Shown here: positions 1 through 11,015 of the stretch, piece by piece
Layout: each line of letters opens with the position of its first letter
Numbering within the stretch: position 1 is the stretch's first letter
NCBI GenBank assembly: GCA_977017575.1
Contig: CDRNVI010000004.1
Location: forward strand, 62,001 to 126,000
Length of the DNA stretch: 64,000 nucleotides
Direction of reading: 5' to 3'
Source of the DNA: Paramoeba atlantica
Taxonomy: Eukaryota; Protista; Discosea
The notes under the pieces: model-generated
Told to the model about the DNA's origin: nothing
What the model saw: only the letters and a program-made list of their open reading frames with translations
The model's database searches: none
Made by a program: the position numbers and the translations under genes

Positions 1-840
1 TACCCAGACATCCGCCTCGGTGTACAGAATACGATCCGCGAGCTTGGTTTCCTCACATGCAGTGGTGTGCAAAGTAATGGGTTCTTCCACGGAGAAGGGG
101 GGGGAATCAAACGTTTCCTTTTTCTTCACTCGTGTATTAGGAATATTCTTATATTGTGGGTGCGACATGTTGGGCTGTTTGGGAAGGCGCGATTGGAACA
201 TGGAAAGAAATGGCTCGAACAGTGTAGACCATGGTGGATTGTTCTTGTCCCTCCTAGAGTATCTGTTTAAAATTATTCTATTTCGTCTTCTCAGCTCAGA
301 TATTACGAGTGATCCAGAATTGAACCGCATTGGAGGTGAACGGATATGTAACACTTTCCTGTCCGAAAGGCGACGCACAATACGTACACGAGAATTTCTG
401 TTTCCTGACGTTACTTTTAAGGGCCTTCTGAGAACATTGAAGTTTTTTGTTCTATTTTTCGTATGATTATTGCTCTGATTTCTTTCGTACTGAGTCCTCT
501 CTTTATCTGTTGCACAACTTTCACACGAAGAAACGCTGGATTGAAGAGGCTCAGAATCCGACTCATAAGTAGGAAATATTTGGGGAGCCATATTGCAATA
601 AAACTTCACCATATTTTCAGCCTTCCATAAATCACGCACGTGACCAGGAGTGTCCCGGTGCCGAGAGACCACCATACTCGCCAAAAGTGCGCCAGTGCTG
701 GTTCCTGCAACAAGATCAAACATTTCGTAGATCGGTCGGCCTGCGTACCTTTCCATATGAAGAAGAATCACAGCTGGAACCAAACCCCTTACTCCACCTC
801 CGTCGATGCATAGAACACGAAAAGGTCTACCAGCGTTCAT
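1..840 (-). CDS. Patatin-like phospholipase (3' end runs off the window)
   Basis: Manual translation from ATG at 840 is open to position 1: RVLCIDGGGVRG (glycine-rich loop) and DLVAGTSTG (GxSxG nucleophile elbow). Not in the ORF track because no stop lies in the window. Confidence 0.85.
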   Translation of the reverse strand, partial: MNAGRPFRVLCIDGGGVRGLVPAVILLHMERYAGRPIYEMFDLVAGTSTGALLASMVVSRHRDTPGHVRDLWKAENMVKFYCNMAPQIFPTYESDSEPLQSSVSSCESCATDKERTQYERNQSNNHTKNRTKNFNVLRRPLKVTSGNRNSRVRIVRRLSDRKVLHIRSPPMRFNSGSLVISELRRRNRIILNRYSRRDKNNPPWSTLFEPFLSMFQSRLPKQPNMSHPQYKNIPNTRVKKKETFDSPPFSVEEPITLHTTACEETKLADRILYTEADVWV

Positions 841-1328
841 CAACTTCACTGCAATGTCGCTGAATTCCTGAGCAAGGGTGTCAGCTCAGACATGCTAACT
901 TGATACACCATGCAAAAATTGGTAAACTCGAAACATCATGCAAATTAGCCTGTGACCAGGCCATGGGGACTATTGAGAAAAAAACTTTTCTAATCTTTCA
1001 AAAAGACAACATCCAATGTAGTCCTACTTCAGAAAAGAAGCTAAGTTTTCTTACTTGCAAGAGCAAATGACATTCTTTTGTTTTTCCATTTAATGTATTG
1101 TACTATTCATAACAGAAATCAGTTTATCCGATAGCGTTCAGCTTTTCGTGTCAAACCATGGAATACAGGCCATTGACTTATGGGGGAAGTGTTCAGATAC
1201 ACGTCCGGACCTTTAAAATGATTTCGCATGAACAAGTTTTGCGTCATTTCATAGGCCACAGCAAAGCACGCACAGCTCACACTACGTTTTCGTACTTCGC
1301 CCCAAAAATGTCATGAAATCTCTTAGCT

Positions 1329-2294
1329 TCACTCGTCCAGGACTTTTAAGGAGAGATCTTTATGTAGGCGAATTAAATTAGATCGATTTGCATCTAATGT
1401 GTCAGGATCAATAATAGAATGTTTCATTTTCTTAACCAGAGTGCGTACTGTCTTAATGAGATGACTACGAGACGTAGTTTGCTCCTGTTGGGGCACTGAC
1501 AGATTTTTTGACGCAGTTTTTGGGTCTGTTTCTGGGGATTCTATTTCGAAGCATAATCGTTTTAATGGCTTCAGAACCCAGACCTCAATGCGATTGAGCA
1601 GTGCTCGATTCGGATGTCTTGTCAATGTCCGTAGGACGACAGTCTCCAACACTTCGTCAAGCACGCCATTGGAAAGTCTAGGGGCTCGCAAACACTCGTC
1701 AAGAAGCACGTCAACGACATGCATACAAAGGTCCTGTACATCGTCATGAGCGAATAAACTTCGAACGAGGGTGCTGAACTCGTCGATTGGGATAGTTCGC
1801 AAAAGATGGAAAACATATCGTCGCACAAAGTACATGTACTTGTTCAATCTCCACTTATCGATGTGAGGCCACTCGCGCGTAAGTGCAACCCAGCCTACCT
1901 TTGCCCACAACACGCACGACTTCAAAGTAGTTTCCTTAGAGAACACTTCAGACGTCCACCGGGTGATCGTGTCAGCGGCAGCATCCTGGGCTTTCCAGCC
2001 ATCCGTGTGGTAGTAATAAAAGAATAAACCCTTCCACAGGTACTTCATGTCCTCCTCCAGCATGTCCCACACCTCCGCACGTGTGTCGTCTACCGCCTGT
2101 CTTACTCTTGCACTCAACATCGCAGGAACTCTCTCAAGGGCTCGATCCCGTAGTCTAACATCACTACTGCTTAATCGTTGGCACAACATCTTCACGGAGC
2201 TTGTATCGATGTCCTGTTGCAAGAGAACGTTCTCATATATTGGAGGCTTTGTCGGAGGCTGCGCACCTCCAGCTTTCCGTTTTTGTCGTGTCAT
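1329..2294 (-). CDS. RRP1: Nop52/RRP1 ribosome biogenesis protein
   Basis: LSSSDVRLRDRAL, LWKGLFFYYYHTD and REWPHIDKWRLNKY match Nop52 family motifs. Confidence 0.85.
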   Translation of the reverse strand: MTRQKRKAGGAQPPTKPPIYENVLLQQDIDTSSVKMLCQRLSSSDVRLRDRALERVPAMLSARVRQAVDDTRAEVWDMLEEDMKYLWKGLFFYYYHTDGWKAQDAAADTITRWTSEVFSKETTLKSCVLWAKVGWVALTREWPHIDKWRLNKYMYFVRRYVFHLLRTIPIDEFSTLVRSLFAHDDVQDLCMHVVDVLLDECLRAPRLSNGVLDEVLETVVLRTLTRHPNRALLNRIEVWVLKPLKRLCFEIESPETDPKTASKNLSVPQQEQTTSRSHLIKTVRTLVKKMKHSIIDPDTLDANRSNLIRLHKDLSLKVLDE

Positions 2295-2384
2295 ACTGTT
2301 TTTATAAATTAGATCTAACGTCTAAATGGTGAATATACATGCCTTAAACTCACGTAAATGTTTACTTCCGTTCACATTCTTTGC

Positions 2385-3135
2385 CATCCCCACCACGATG
2401 AACGCCCCTCAAAAAATACAACCTCCCCGCCCTTCCTACGATTTCGGCGTTATCCGCCTCCCCTCCGCCGCCAGCACCCGATTCATAATCCCCGTCAACC
2501 GCGAAACATCCCGCGCGCTGAGCTTTTCCCACCCCTCCCCCTCCTCCCCCCCCTCCCCCCCGCTCCCCCCCACCACCGGAAGCAGCGCCCCGTCGGTGGT
2601 CCACACAAAGAACACCCGCACCCCGGACGCGGCAAACTTCGCTAACAGGACACACAGTTCCCGGACCTCCGAGCCGCGCTCGGGGTGGCGCCGCAGCAGC
2701 CCCTCCAGGGCCTCGGGGTTCAGTTCGGCACGCCCCGGGGCCATGGCCCCATCCCCGGGAGGGGACTGCACCCCCCATAACGTGGTGAGCACATCCCGCA
2801 CAACCCCCGGGGGGGTCACGGCCACGACCAGAGGAAGATACGGCAGTCTGGGGGGGGAGGGAGACATCTCAGTTTTTGAGTCGAAGTGCTTATCTCCGGT
2901 TCCCGTCGCGGGCTTTGCAAACTCGTCGACAATGGTGAGGAGCGTGGGGGCGTAGTCCCGTAGGGCGCGGTCCATGAACCGGTGGGCTTGGTCCCGGGTG
3001 GTTTGCGTGCCGACGTAGTATTTGTGGATGGGGGTGTCCATGGGGGGAGGGGGTGAGGGTGGAGGAAAGTGGTAGAGGTTGGAGAGAGGAATAATGCGAG
3101 AATTGGATATCCGGAAAAAAGGATAAAAGAGAGGA
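2385..3135. other. GC-rich island with C-to-G skew flip (#1)
   Basis: C-runs to about 2800, G-runs from about 2850 on the + strand. Confidence 0.85.
2436..3041 (-). CDS. Hypothetical protein (~201 aa), lying wholly within a GC-skew island
   Basis: Long ORF on the same strand as all neighbours. Likely start MDTPIHKYY (ATG at 3041); the ORF track extends it to 3221. No recognised motif. Confidence 0.6.
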   Translation of the reverse strand: MDTPIHKYYVGTQTTRDQAHRFMDRALRDYAPTLLTIVDEFAKPATGTGDKHFDSKTEMSPSPPRLPYLPLVVAVTPPGVVRDVLTTLWGVQSPPGDGAMAPGRAELNPEALEGLLRRHPERGSEVRELCVLLAKFAASGVRVFFVWTTDGALLPVVGGSGGEGGEEGEGWEKLSARDVSRLTGIMNRVLAAEGRRITPKS

Positions 3136-3263
3136 AGAAAGGTAAGTGTGAGGTAAATCTCACACACCTTAATAACGAGCTTGGTTCCGAAATGTTGCGA
3201 AACTTCCTTGAGATGGAACAAATGCCGAGGTGAAGTGTGTGCAAGTCATCTTATCTTTGTATT

Positions 3264-4400
3264 CTACTTTGCAACGCGAACCCCTATTAATACTACGGCA
3301 CTAAGAATCAAAACAAATATAAGCAAAAAGATGAGTTTGTACTTTGTCTGTCTCTGGTACTTTCTTGTTTTGATTAGCTCTTGAACTCCAGAAGTCACAT
3401 GATCCCGAGTCATCGTAAGGTTACAGTCGATCCGGTCCAGCAAAGTTCCCTGCTCCGTTACAAAAGAATTGACAGTAGAGAACAGATCGTGCACAGATCG
3501 TATTGACTTTCGTATCCGTAGCAGTTCTGTGTCATTCCTCTGAAGCTCTTGTTGCTGCAGAAGCATTGCCTGTGCTTCCTCTGTAGACATCCCCTCGGCC
3601 TCATAACGGTCGAGCTGCTCTAAGCGATCCAACTTTTCAAAGTCATTTTCAAAGGAGTCTTCTTTAGTATCAAGTGTCGTGCTCTCCTTCGCGTCGTAGT
3701 TGTCTACGTTCACAGCAAAGCTTACAGGTCTTTCTCCTAGCACTCCCTGGCGAAACTTCGCTACCTTTGCTTTGTGAGAACGAAGATCGGATAGATACTC
3801 CGCTTGGTGCTCGCGAAACAGTCGTGATATTTTTCCAGCTTTTATGACGATTGCTTTTCTTATATTGGAAACGAGCGTGTGTTGCGTTCCGAAAAGAATG
3901 AGGCTTTTATTTTTCTCGATTTCACGCTCAAGTTTATGCAATTTCCTTTCGAGCGCTTTAAAAGAGTCTGAAATAGTCTCTGTAAAATGTTCAATGTTCT
4001 TTTCTTCTTGATCGCGTTCTGCTGGTGAACGAAAATGGATAGTTAAGTGTGCCCTTTGTAACTGGAGTAAGCTGTCTAACTTTTCGCTTACTTCTTCAAC
4101 CCCTATACGCAAAGCAACGATAAGCTCAATGCAAAACTGTGGTACGCTTGGAAGCAAACCGCTGAGCTGCGCTCTATAAAAGGATTCGATTTTCCAAGAC
4201 GCATCACAAGGAGTGCTAACCTCGTCAATGGTGATTAGTGACCTCGAAGGTGAAGAACTCAATGTATTTCTGTCTTTTGACTTTGTTTCAAATTCCCCGC
4301 TTTGTGCTTCAACATCACTTAAATGCTCACTACTGTGCGAAATTTTGTGATACCGTGAGCGACGGGCAACAAAATCGGGAAAATGGTCCTTGATCGCCAT
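3264..4400 (-). CDS. STX16: Qa-SNARE, syntaxin-16/Tlg2-like
   Basis: SNARE motif VTEQGTLLDRIDCNL, C-terminal TM helix (LIFLLIFVLILSAVVLIGV) and N-peptide. Confidence 0.85.
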   Translation of the reverse strand: MAIKDHFPDFVARRSRYHKISHSSEHLSDVEAQSGEFETKSKDRNTLSSSPSRSLITIDEVSTPCDASWKIESFYRAQLSGLLPSVPQFCIELIVALRIGVEEVSEKLDSLLQLQRAHLTIHFRSPAERDQEEKNIEHFTETISDSFKALERKLHKLEREIEKNKSLILFGTQHTLVSNIRKAIVIKAGKISRLFREHQAEYLSDLRSHKAKVAKFRQGVLGERPVSFAVNVDNYDAKESTTLDTKEDSFENDFEKLDRLEQLDRYEAEGMSTEEAQAMLLQQQELQRNDTELLRIRKSIRSVHDLFSTVNSFVTEQGTLLDRIDCNLTMTRDHVTSGVQELIKTRKYQRQTKYKLIFLLIFVLILSAVVLIGVRVAK

Positions 4401-4960
4401 ATTATATTGAGAGCGTATCAGACAGCATCTTAAAGAAAGGAAAAAAGATCTATTTCGCTGTGAAGAACTACATGTATACTACTACTAGTTGCAAGAACAA
4501 AACTAACCGAACCATAAAAACATTTCTAGGAATAATTTATAAACTTTCATAAATAAGACATTCAATTCATAAATAATCATGACTGTAAATTAATCCTACG
4601 AGTGAGTTCTCCCCCCTCATCCCAATCTGCCGCGCACGAGGCTGTGCGGGGCATCTGGGCGTTTCCAGGTTGGATGGGAAACCCGATGGTCACCAGGACG
4701 TGTTCGCGGTTTACTTGCCCAATCTTCTTCAAAAATCTAAATCTTTAAGAATCAACAATTTATTTATTCTTTCTGAAAGTGTCCATCAGCCCTTTGTTTT
4801 GCCAAAGCCTATCACTATAGTACTCGGAAAAGGATTCATGGCAAAAGAGTATAATTCCCCTTACTTGTTAACCTCAAAAATTAACACAATGTTGACTCAA
4901 CTTATGTTCCCCCCTGCACCCCTTCTCAGAAATCCTGTCTTTCATAAATATGTAGGTCGT

Positions 4961-5653
4961 TTAGTCCTCATAAAAGGCATCGATATGATCAAATTCAGGC
5001 GATCTACGTCGCAATATACCGTTACTGGACGATATTTTCGTCGCTCTAAAATCGTAGATCAAATCACGCCATTCAACTGCATCAAACGTGCCTTCAAGTT
5101 TTGGGTTGTGCTGTAAATGTAGCAAGCGTAACGATATTGGAAGCAAATCGAAATCAACAAGGCCTTCGAAAGAATTGGCAGCCAACGAAAGTTCCTCAAG
5201 ATCCTGTGGCAAACTTGACAACTTCAAGCTACTACCGTAAAACTGGTTCATGTAGAGATAGAGCGATTCTAGAGTAGCAGGTAAGCAATCAAACGGCACT
5301 TCCCCAAAAAGGTTGTTATCCGCAATGTTGAAGTACCAAAGATGAGTGGGTAAATGTTCCCAGTGCAGTACCCCACGCAAACCTAAACCAGGCCAGTGTA
5401 TTCTTTTTATGTTACGCTCTTTGTCGCAGTCAATACCATGCCAATGTTCCAGGGAAGTATTTGTTGTCCATGAAACGTGTAGGTTTTCTGCATCTTTTAA
5501 CAAACGTGATAACTCATGCTCAGGAGGAAACAAAATAGAGCTGATTTTCGCAGGTAGAGAATGACATACAGGCTGATCTGTTGTGCTCATTTGCTTTTTC
5601 TCACAACTCGTTGATTTCTCCGCGTCATCAGCAAGCTGGAGCAAGGGTAACAT
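4961..5653 (-). CDS. Short leucine-rich repeat protein (family member 1)
   Basis: Cap motif WHGIDCD..NIKRIHW, then LP..L..L.L..N.F.G repeats. Likely start MLPLL at 5653; the ORF track extends to 5740. Confidence 0.85.
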   Translation of the reverse strand: MLPLLQLADDAEKSTSCEKKQMSTTDQPVCHSLPAKISSILFPPEHELSRLLKDAENLHVSWTTNTSLEHWHGIDCDKERNIKRIHWPGLGLRGVLHWEHLPTHLWYFNIADNNLFGEVPFDCLPATLESLYLYMNQFYGSSLKLSSLPQDLEELSLAANSFEGLVDFDLLPISLRLLHLQHNPKLEGTFDAVEWRDLIYDFRATKISSSNGILRRRSPEFDHIDAFYED

Positions 5654-5964
5654 CACAATTGGAGCGAAATACGTGAATATGAAAGTGCACAAAATGTTGC
5701 TTAAAAAATGAGGAAAAATTAATAAATGACGGGGTGGCATGTATTTTCAATCGTTCATGTATTTTTAATCGTTCAAGATACCTCCGCATTTTGCATACCC
5801 GCCGTACCCCCCTAGGAATCGAAAGACTCAAATTTTGACTTTCCGAAAAAAAAATGTCTTGTAAACACAGCTTTGCCAAGGTAAAATGCTAAATGATCTC
5901 TCACCAAGCTGGTTATCTCACCACTAGCTGCAAGTTGCGAAGGAACGTCCCCCTCTCATTAATA

Positions 5965-6158
5965 AACCCAGGCTGAAGTGGACGAGGGAGATACGAAAGT
6001 CACCTTTGGAAAACCACCTCAAAACTGGAATGGTATCCCCCGTTAGAGACCCTTTTGTCACATCAGATTGCTCTACAAACCGGGCGATACCATTCCAGTT
6101 TTGAGGTGGTTTTACAAAGGTGACTTTCGTATCTCCCTCGTCCACTTCAGCCTGGGTT
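5965..6158. mobile_element. Foldback MITE-like element, 78-bp arms
   Basis: Arms 5965-6042 and 6081-6158 are reverse complements with 2 mismatches; 38-bp spacer. TA lies on the left flank only. Confidence 0.8.
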
Positions 6159-6230
6159 ACATAGCCATCGGAACATGCTCCTTAGGTTCCCTTACAGCTT
6201 CCCACGCGAAGAAGTCGTCGTCACCGCGGC

Positions 6231-6263
6231 AAAAAGACAGAAGGCTCCTCCTTCTGTCTTTTT
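6231..6263. repeat. Perfect 14-bp hairpin, 5-nt loop
   Basis: AAAAAGACAGAAGG-ctcct-CCTTCTGTCTTTTT. Confidence 0.8.
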
Positions 6264-7072
6264 TCCTTGCGCCTCCTCCTTCCTCTACGGCCTTGCGTGT
6301 CACACGCTTCCAGGTAAATTTTGGCCTTTGTAGGTTCATTACCGGGACAGGGTGAATAAATATCAAATGAAACCAAAGAGTATACGGGTATATCAGGCCC
6401 CAAACTATCAGAAGACGTTCTAGGAGTTGATTTCGGAAAAATGTATTTTTTTACTTTCACCCATAAATTTTCAGTTCATTTTTTTTTCCAAATTTCAAAG
6501 ATTGCTATGATCACCCTGGTGGGGAGGGGGGCGGGCAGCGGGTACCCACCGGAATTCTTGAAAAACTAGTGATCTTGTCACTCAATTCGATTCTTACGTC
6601 TTTTTAAATATTTTGTTCGAAAACTCACCTGAAACGAAATTGGGCACAGAAATCGGTCATCCATCCATCCATGGGGGGGTCCATGGGGGCTTTTCAAAAT
6701 CGAGCGCAGGGAAGTGGTAGAGTAGGCCGCGGCGATAATTTTCCAACCCCCCCTGGTACGCGCAGGAGGGATCCGACAAGGTCAAAATTTCCGAAATTTT
6801 TGGGGTGACCAAAAAAAAGAAAATTTGACCCAAAAAAAAAAAAAAAAAATATTATTTTTCCAAAATCGACTCCTAAAACGTATTTTAAGAGTTTTGCACC
6901 TCGGCTACCATTCTACGACGTTTTTTTCGACAGATTCGCCTCCTGCACCTACTGGTAAGGCATCAAAAACGGCCCAAATTCGGCTTGAAATTTCGCATTT
7001 TGCCTGAAAAATCCAGCTTTTTCACCCAAAAAAATAGATTATTCATGATCTTTTGGCGATTTTTCTTTTTTA

Positions 7073-7163
7073 GGCTCTTCGTTAAACGCGGAGGTAGTTT
7101 TCAACGCGAAGCAGCATGAGTGACTTCTAAGTTGAAAACAACCACCGCGTTTAACGAGGAGCC
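7073..7163. mobile_element. 91-bp MITE, 33-bp TIRs, TA target duplication (Tc1/mariner type)
   Basis: Arms 7073-7105 and 7131-7163 are inverted with 3 mismatches; TA at 7071-72 and 7164-65. Confidence 0.75.
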
Positions 7164-7271
7164 TAAAAACGTTATTGATGAGAGGGGGAGTAGTCCCAGT
7201 GAAGTTCAACAGTTGGAACTATAAAGTTTCGAAAAGAAATGCGCTTTCCCACCTTCGTTGCATTTTATGCA

Positions 7272-7994
7272 CTATGACAAGAAAAACGAATTTTCATATA
7301 GAAGACGGCGACTCCGCCCGTTGAGTGCGATGATCTTTGTGTTTTCGATATTGTAGTACATACCTTTTAATGAACACTGCACGTCTACTGTGCCCTCCAG
7401 TTTCACATTGTCATTAAGAAAAATGCGGACTAAGGGAGGAGGAAGTGCCGAGAAATCTACCTCACCTTCAAATTTGTTATGCGCAATGTCAAGATGTGTT
7501 AGCAGAAGGGGCAAAAGGAGAAAATTTGTGGCGCCGCTGAACTCGTTGTGATTGATCGCAAGGTAGGTTAAGGTCGAAGGTAAGCTTACGAAGGAAAAAC
7601 GTCCGGACAGCTTATTGGCACTTAGGTTGAAATGTCTCAGTGTCTGTGGCAAAAATCTTATATCTAACTCATTCCGTATGTGTCTTGCCGGATAATTGAT
7701 GCGAATCACATTGCCTTTAACGTCACAGTCTACTCCGACCCATTTACAACCAGGTGTTTCCAGGTTCCATGTAGTGGGACGATCTACCACTCTTTGTACA
7801 AGTTTCATTAATTCGTACTCAACGGGCAAAGAAACGCAACTGACTTTAGCGGGTCGGGAGTGGAGAGAAATATCGGGATTCGCCCCTGAGAGTAGTGCGC
7901 CGGGCGATCCATGCGATTCGGTCTCACTCCACTTTCTGGACGACGCTTGATTGTCCGCAAAACCTAGATAATACAATATGTATGAATGAGTCAT
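7272..7994 (-). CDS. Short leucine-rich repeat protein (family member 2)
   Basis: CKWVGVDCDVKGNVIRINY cap plus LPQTLRHFNLSANKLSG-type repeats. Start MTHSY assumed; the ORF track extends to 8057. Confidence 0.85.
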   Translation of the reverse strand: MTHSYILYYLGFADNQASSRKWSETESHGSPGALLSGANPDISLHSRPAKVSCVSLPVEYELMKLVQRVVDRPTTWNLETPGCKWVGVDCDVKGNVIRINYPARHIRNELDIRFLPQTLRHFNLSANKLSGRFSFVSLPSTLTYLAINHNEFSGATNFLLLPLLLTHLDIAHNKFEGEVDFSALPPPLVRIFLNDNVKLEGTVDVQCSLKGMYYNIENTKIIALNGRSRRLLYENSFFLS

Positions 7995-8158
7995 CGTCAG
8001 AATTACACATGCAGTACTGTATTTATACCTGAAATCCTGTTTGAAATTATTGTACATTTTTCCACCTGTTTTTTTTCGCGATTTAGAGGAAATTGTGGTG
8101 CCTTTTTTAAAATTCTATTTCCGCATTGTTTGTATACTTTTATTCTTTATGATTAATT

Positions 8159-8689
8159 TTACCGATATTGCTTATACATGCTACTAGTATTTATCATGCC
8201 AAATAGGCCATTGGTGAGTCTGTAGTTAGTATCTGGAGATATGTGCGGGTGTCTGTGAGTCGCTGTGGGCTGCTGTGATTCGCTGTGAGTAGCTGTCAGT
8301 ATTTGTTTTTCGTCGGAAGACCCCGAAGAAAGTATCATCGCCATTCATTCACCCCTTTGCTCTTTAACACTCTTCGATGCAGTTCCCTTGTACGTTACCC
8401 ACATGCGGCGCAACGTTTTCGATAGAACAGGGATGTCGCCAGAGGGAAGCTCACGACGAAAATATTCCGCAACAGAAGTTGCCGAACGACGATTAACTTT
8501 CGACTTACCCACAGTAAAGCTTCGCTGTATTATGCAGAGCACCTGGGCCACAAGTGCGAATGTCAGTTTTCGTTGGCATACTGTCCACCCTTCGTAGACA
8601 AAGCATGCTTCTTGGACTCTTTTTTGGTCTAACCCACGCTTCACACGCATGGAGGATAAGGTGGCGATCAAAAGATCCAGCGAGTCCAT
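8159..8689 (-). other. Unidentified ORF pair (114 aa + 61 aa) in one frame, separated by a single TGA; possibly a transposon relic
   Basis: ORFs 8345..8689 and 8159..8344 abut in frame within a TE-rich pocket. No clear motif. Confidence 0.3.
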
Positions 8690-8763
8690 AAAATCATCAA
8701 TTTTCTAAAAAGCACAACGTTTCAGAGTAATGCATGTATCAAATGAGAACAAGAAGGACCTGA

Positions 8764-9067
8764 GGTATATCAGGGACGTATCATTGGGCCATCGCCCATC
8801 ACTGGGGGGAGGAATCGAAAAGGGGAGCGAGGCGATCGTTACAACGCACACTATGGAGGTATGTACCTCCGGCGAAAACTTTCAAGACGTATCGTGTCAA
8901 ATACAGCTCAATGAAGCGGGAGGACATAAGTCTCAGTGTTCATTCTTGCCCGCGAGGGGCAGGGACTTGCTTGGCGAACTGCGGTTTTCTCCCTACACAG
9001 ATCGGAAAAGCGATTGGACACACGCCAGATGTTTCTTCTCGGGGTGTGCGGAAATATAAACCACATA
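8764..9067 (+). pseudogene. Probable tyrosine-recombinase C-terminal relic
   Basis: Translation HSC(P)RGAGTCLANCG..QIGKAIGH..VRKY resembles HxxR...GH...Y. The catalytic R appears mutated (CCG); an upstream TGA lies at 8761. Confidence 0.45.
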
Positions 9068-9302
9068 GCCGTTCAGCATACATATACCTTGGATAACACA
9101 CCGGGGTATGTATTCTGGCCCTCGACACTTAACATACCCCCCCCTCGTCCCATGGCTTTAAATCCAACCGCAATATCACGTACTTTTTTAACAAAAATGT
9201 TTCTTTTATGCGTTTTCAGATGTACATTCGCGTTCTTCTCGAGGAAAATTCTCTGAGACCCATTTCTCACCCCCAGGAAAAACATAACTGACACACAGAA
9301 TA

Positions 9303-9870
9303 TTGTTAGTTGAAGATTTCGAGAAAACAGGGTCATTTTCCGAAACAGCTCGAAAATTTCATGTGCACGAAAGCACTGTCAAGTTGTGGGTGGAACGTCA
9401 TCGGGCGACAGGTGATGTTCAAAACATACCAGGCAAGAGATCTCGCTTTGTGCGCAACAATGCTTTGCTGGAAACAGCTCTACAAGTTTATGAAGATCTT
9501 AGCAGGAATAGCCCATGTCCATCCTGGGATTACATCCTGAGGGAAATTCATAAGGCTGGGTTCCAGTGTTCCAAACAAACTCTCAAGCGAAGGCCATGAC
9601 AAAGAGGGGGGGATTTCTTTCATTTCTTAACCGCCACCCTTCAGCTGTTGTTGTGCACAACAAAGCACGTACCCATATCAAGAATAACGGGGTTAGAATG
9701 CTGGATTGGCCACCCAAATCTCCAGACATGACTCCTATCGAAAATTTATGGTCAATGATGGATGTCATAAGGTGCAGAAAACATTCATTGAACCGTGATT
9801 TATTGTAAGAATCCATCACAGCTTCGTACAGTGAGCTGCTTATTAAAGTTCGTTTCGTTGAACGCACATC
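9303..9870 (+). pseudogene. Internally deleted Tc1/mariner (IS630-Tc1-mariner) transposase
   Basis: N-terminal HTH (SFSETARKFHVHESTVKLWVER) and C-terminal LDWPPKSPDMTPIENLWSMM. The catalytic middle is missing, with stops and frameshifts. Confidence 0.85.
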
Positions 9871-10251
9871 AAAAATGTGTGCCAAACATAATGAGGATTG
9901 TTATAGAAAAGGAGGGGGGACACTGTGGGTACTAGGTTCATCTGCTCAATTTTATGCGAAAAGGGTGATTTTTTTAAAAAACTTGCAATTGACGTTTTTG
10001 GTACTCTTACCATTTTACGATACTGCTAATTACACGGGAAACGATATATACATGTATTCCACCAGAGGGCTATGTGAGAGCTCTCGAATGCGCTATGACT
10101 TTCCAAAATTGGCCAAGTATTCAAATTTTTAGACCCCCCCAGATCGAGCTGATGCCCCCTGTATTCTAACACATTTTATTATTTAGTACTACGCGCGGTA
10201 TATCGTTCAATACAGGTTCTAACAGTGAAAGTGCTTTTCTTCTCTTTTCTA

Positions 10252-11015
10252 CAGGGGCGGTTGTTGATCTTGCCCCCTCCTGGGAATTTTTAATTTTTCT
10301 ATCCGTTTTTGCTCATCTTTGCAGCATTGAAGAGATCTCGTTCCCCTAGCGAAGCTCTTTGCCGCCTTTTTTTCATAGAGACCCGCTGATGCCCTGTCGG
10401 CGACTCGAAAGTTGACAAATCGGAAATTTTGGATTTTTAATCATATTCAGAAAACATGATTTCATCAAAAAAAATGTTTGTCCTAGAAGAAGACCACAAC
10501 GAATCAATATCCAGAAGATCCTCCATTGTTTTGCAGTACGTTTCGAAGCCTATTGCAAACCGAATCAATGGAGTTTAACACTTTTTCTTCTGTGCGAAAT
10601 TAGGGGGTATTTTTGCCTATTTTCTTTCCACCCTTCTACATATTCACCACTTTTAGGGTTAGTCGGTCTTGTATTCGTGTTGTTGAGGTTTGAAAATTTC
10701 TATTAAGCAGCTATTGATGTTTCTACTGAAATATTGCTTGAGCATAAAGAAATTAGAGGTCTATTTAAGCTTATACACATTCAAATAAACCACAAAAACA
10801 TGAAAGTGTGGGGAAAAAATGGTTGTGTGCACAAAAAAAAATCCCAAAAAAACTGTGTTTTTTGGACCCAGGGGGCATCAGAGGGTCTCTATGAAAAAAA
10901 GGCGGCAAAGCGCTTCGCTAGGGGAACGAGATCTCTTCAATGCTGCAAAGATAAGCGAAAACGGATAAAAAAATTAAAATTTCTCAAGAGGGGGCAAGAT
11001 CAACAACCGCCCCTG
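10252..11015. mobile_element. 764-bp non-autonomous Tc1-like element with ~143-bp TIRs, TA TSD
   Basis: 10252-10394 and 10873-11015 are near-perfect reverse complements starting CAGGGGCGGTTGTTGATC; TA at 10250-51 and 11016-17. Confidence 0.9.

Larger units (their letters stand above)
5948..7189. mobile_element. Probable ~1.24 kb non-autonomous element with 17-19 bp TIRs and two nested MITEs
   Basis: 5948-5964 TCCCCCTCTCATTAATA versus reverse complement of 7173-7189 TCCCCCTCTCATCAATA (16/17). The interior is AT-rich and non-coding. No TSD found. Confidence 0.45.

Noticed and set aside
841-960. Genome-wide stop-codon reassignment (TAG and TGA upstream of patatin; TGA at 8345 and 11809)
   Set aside because: RPL27, POLRMT and STX16 end at TAG, and the cullin ends at TGA, at canonical C-termini. 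Conserved Trp residues elsewhere are read through as TGG in the standard-code ORFs.
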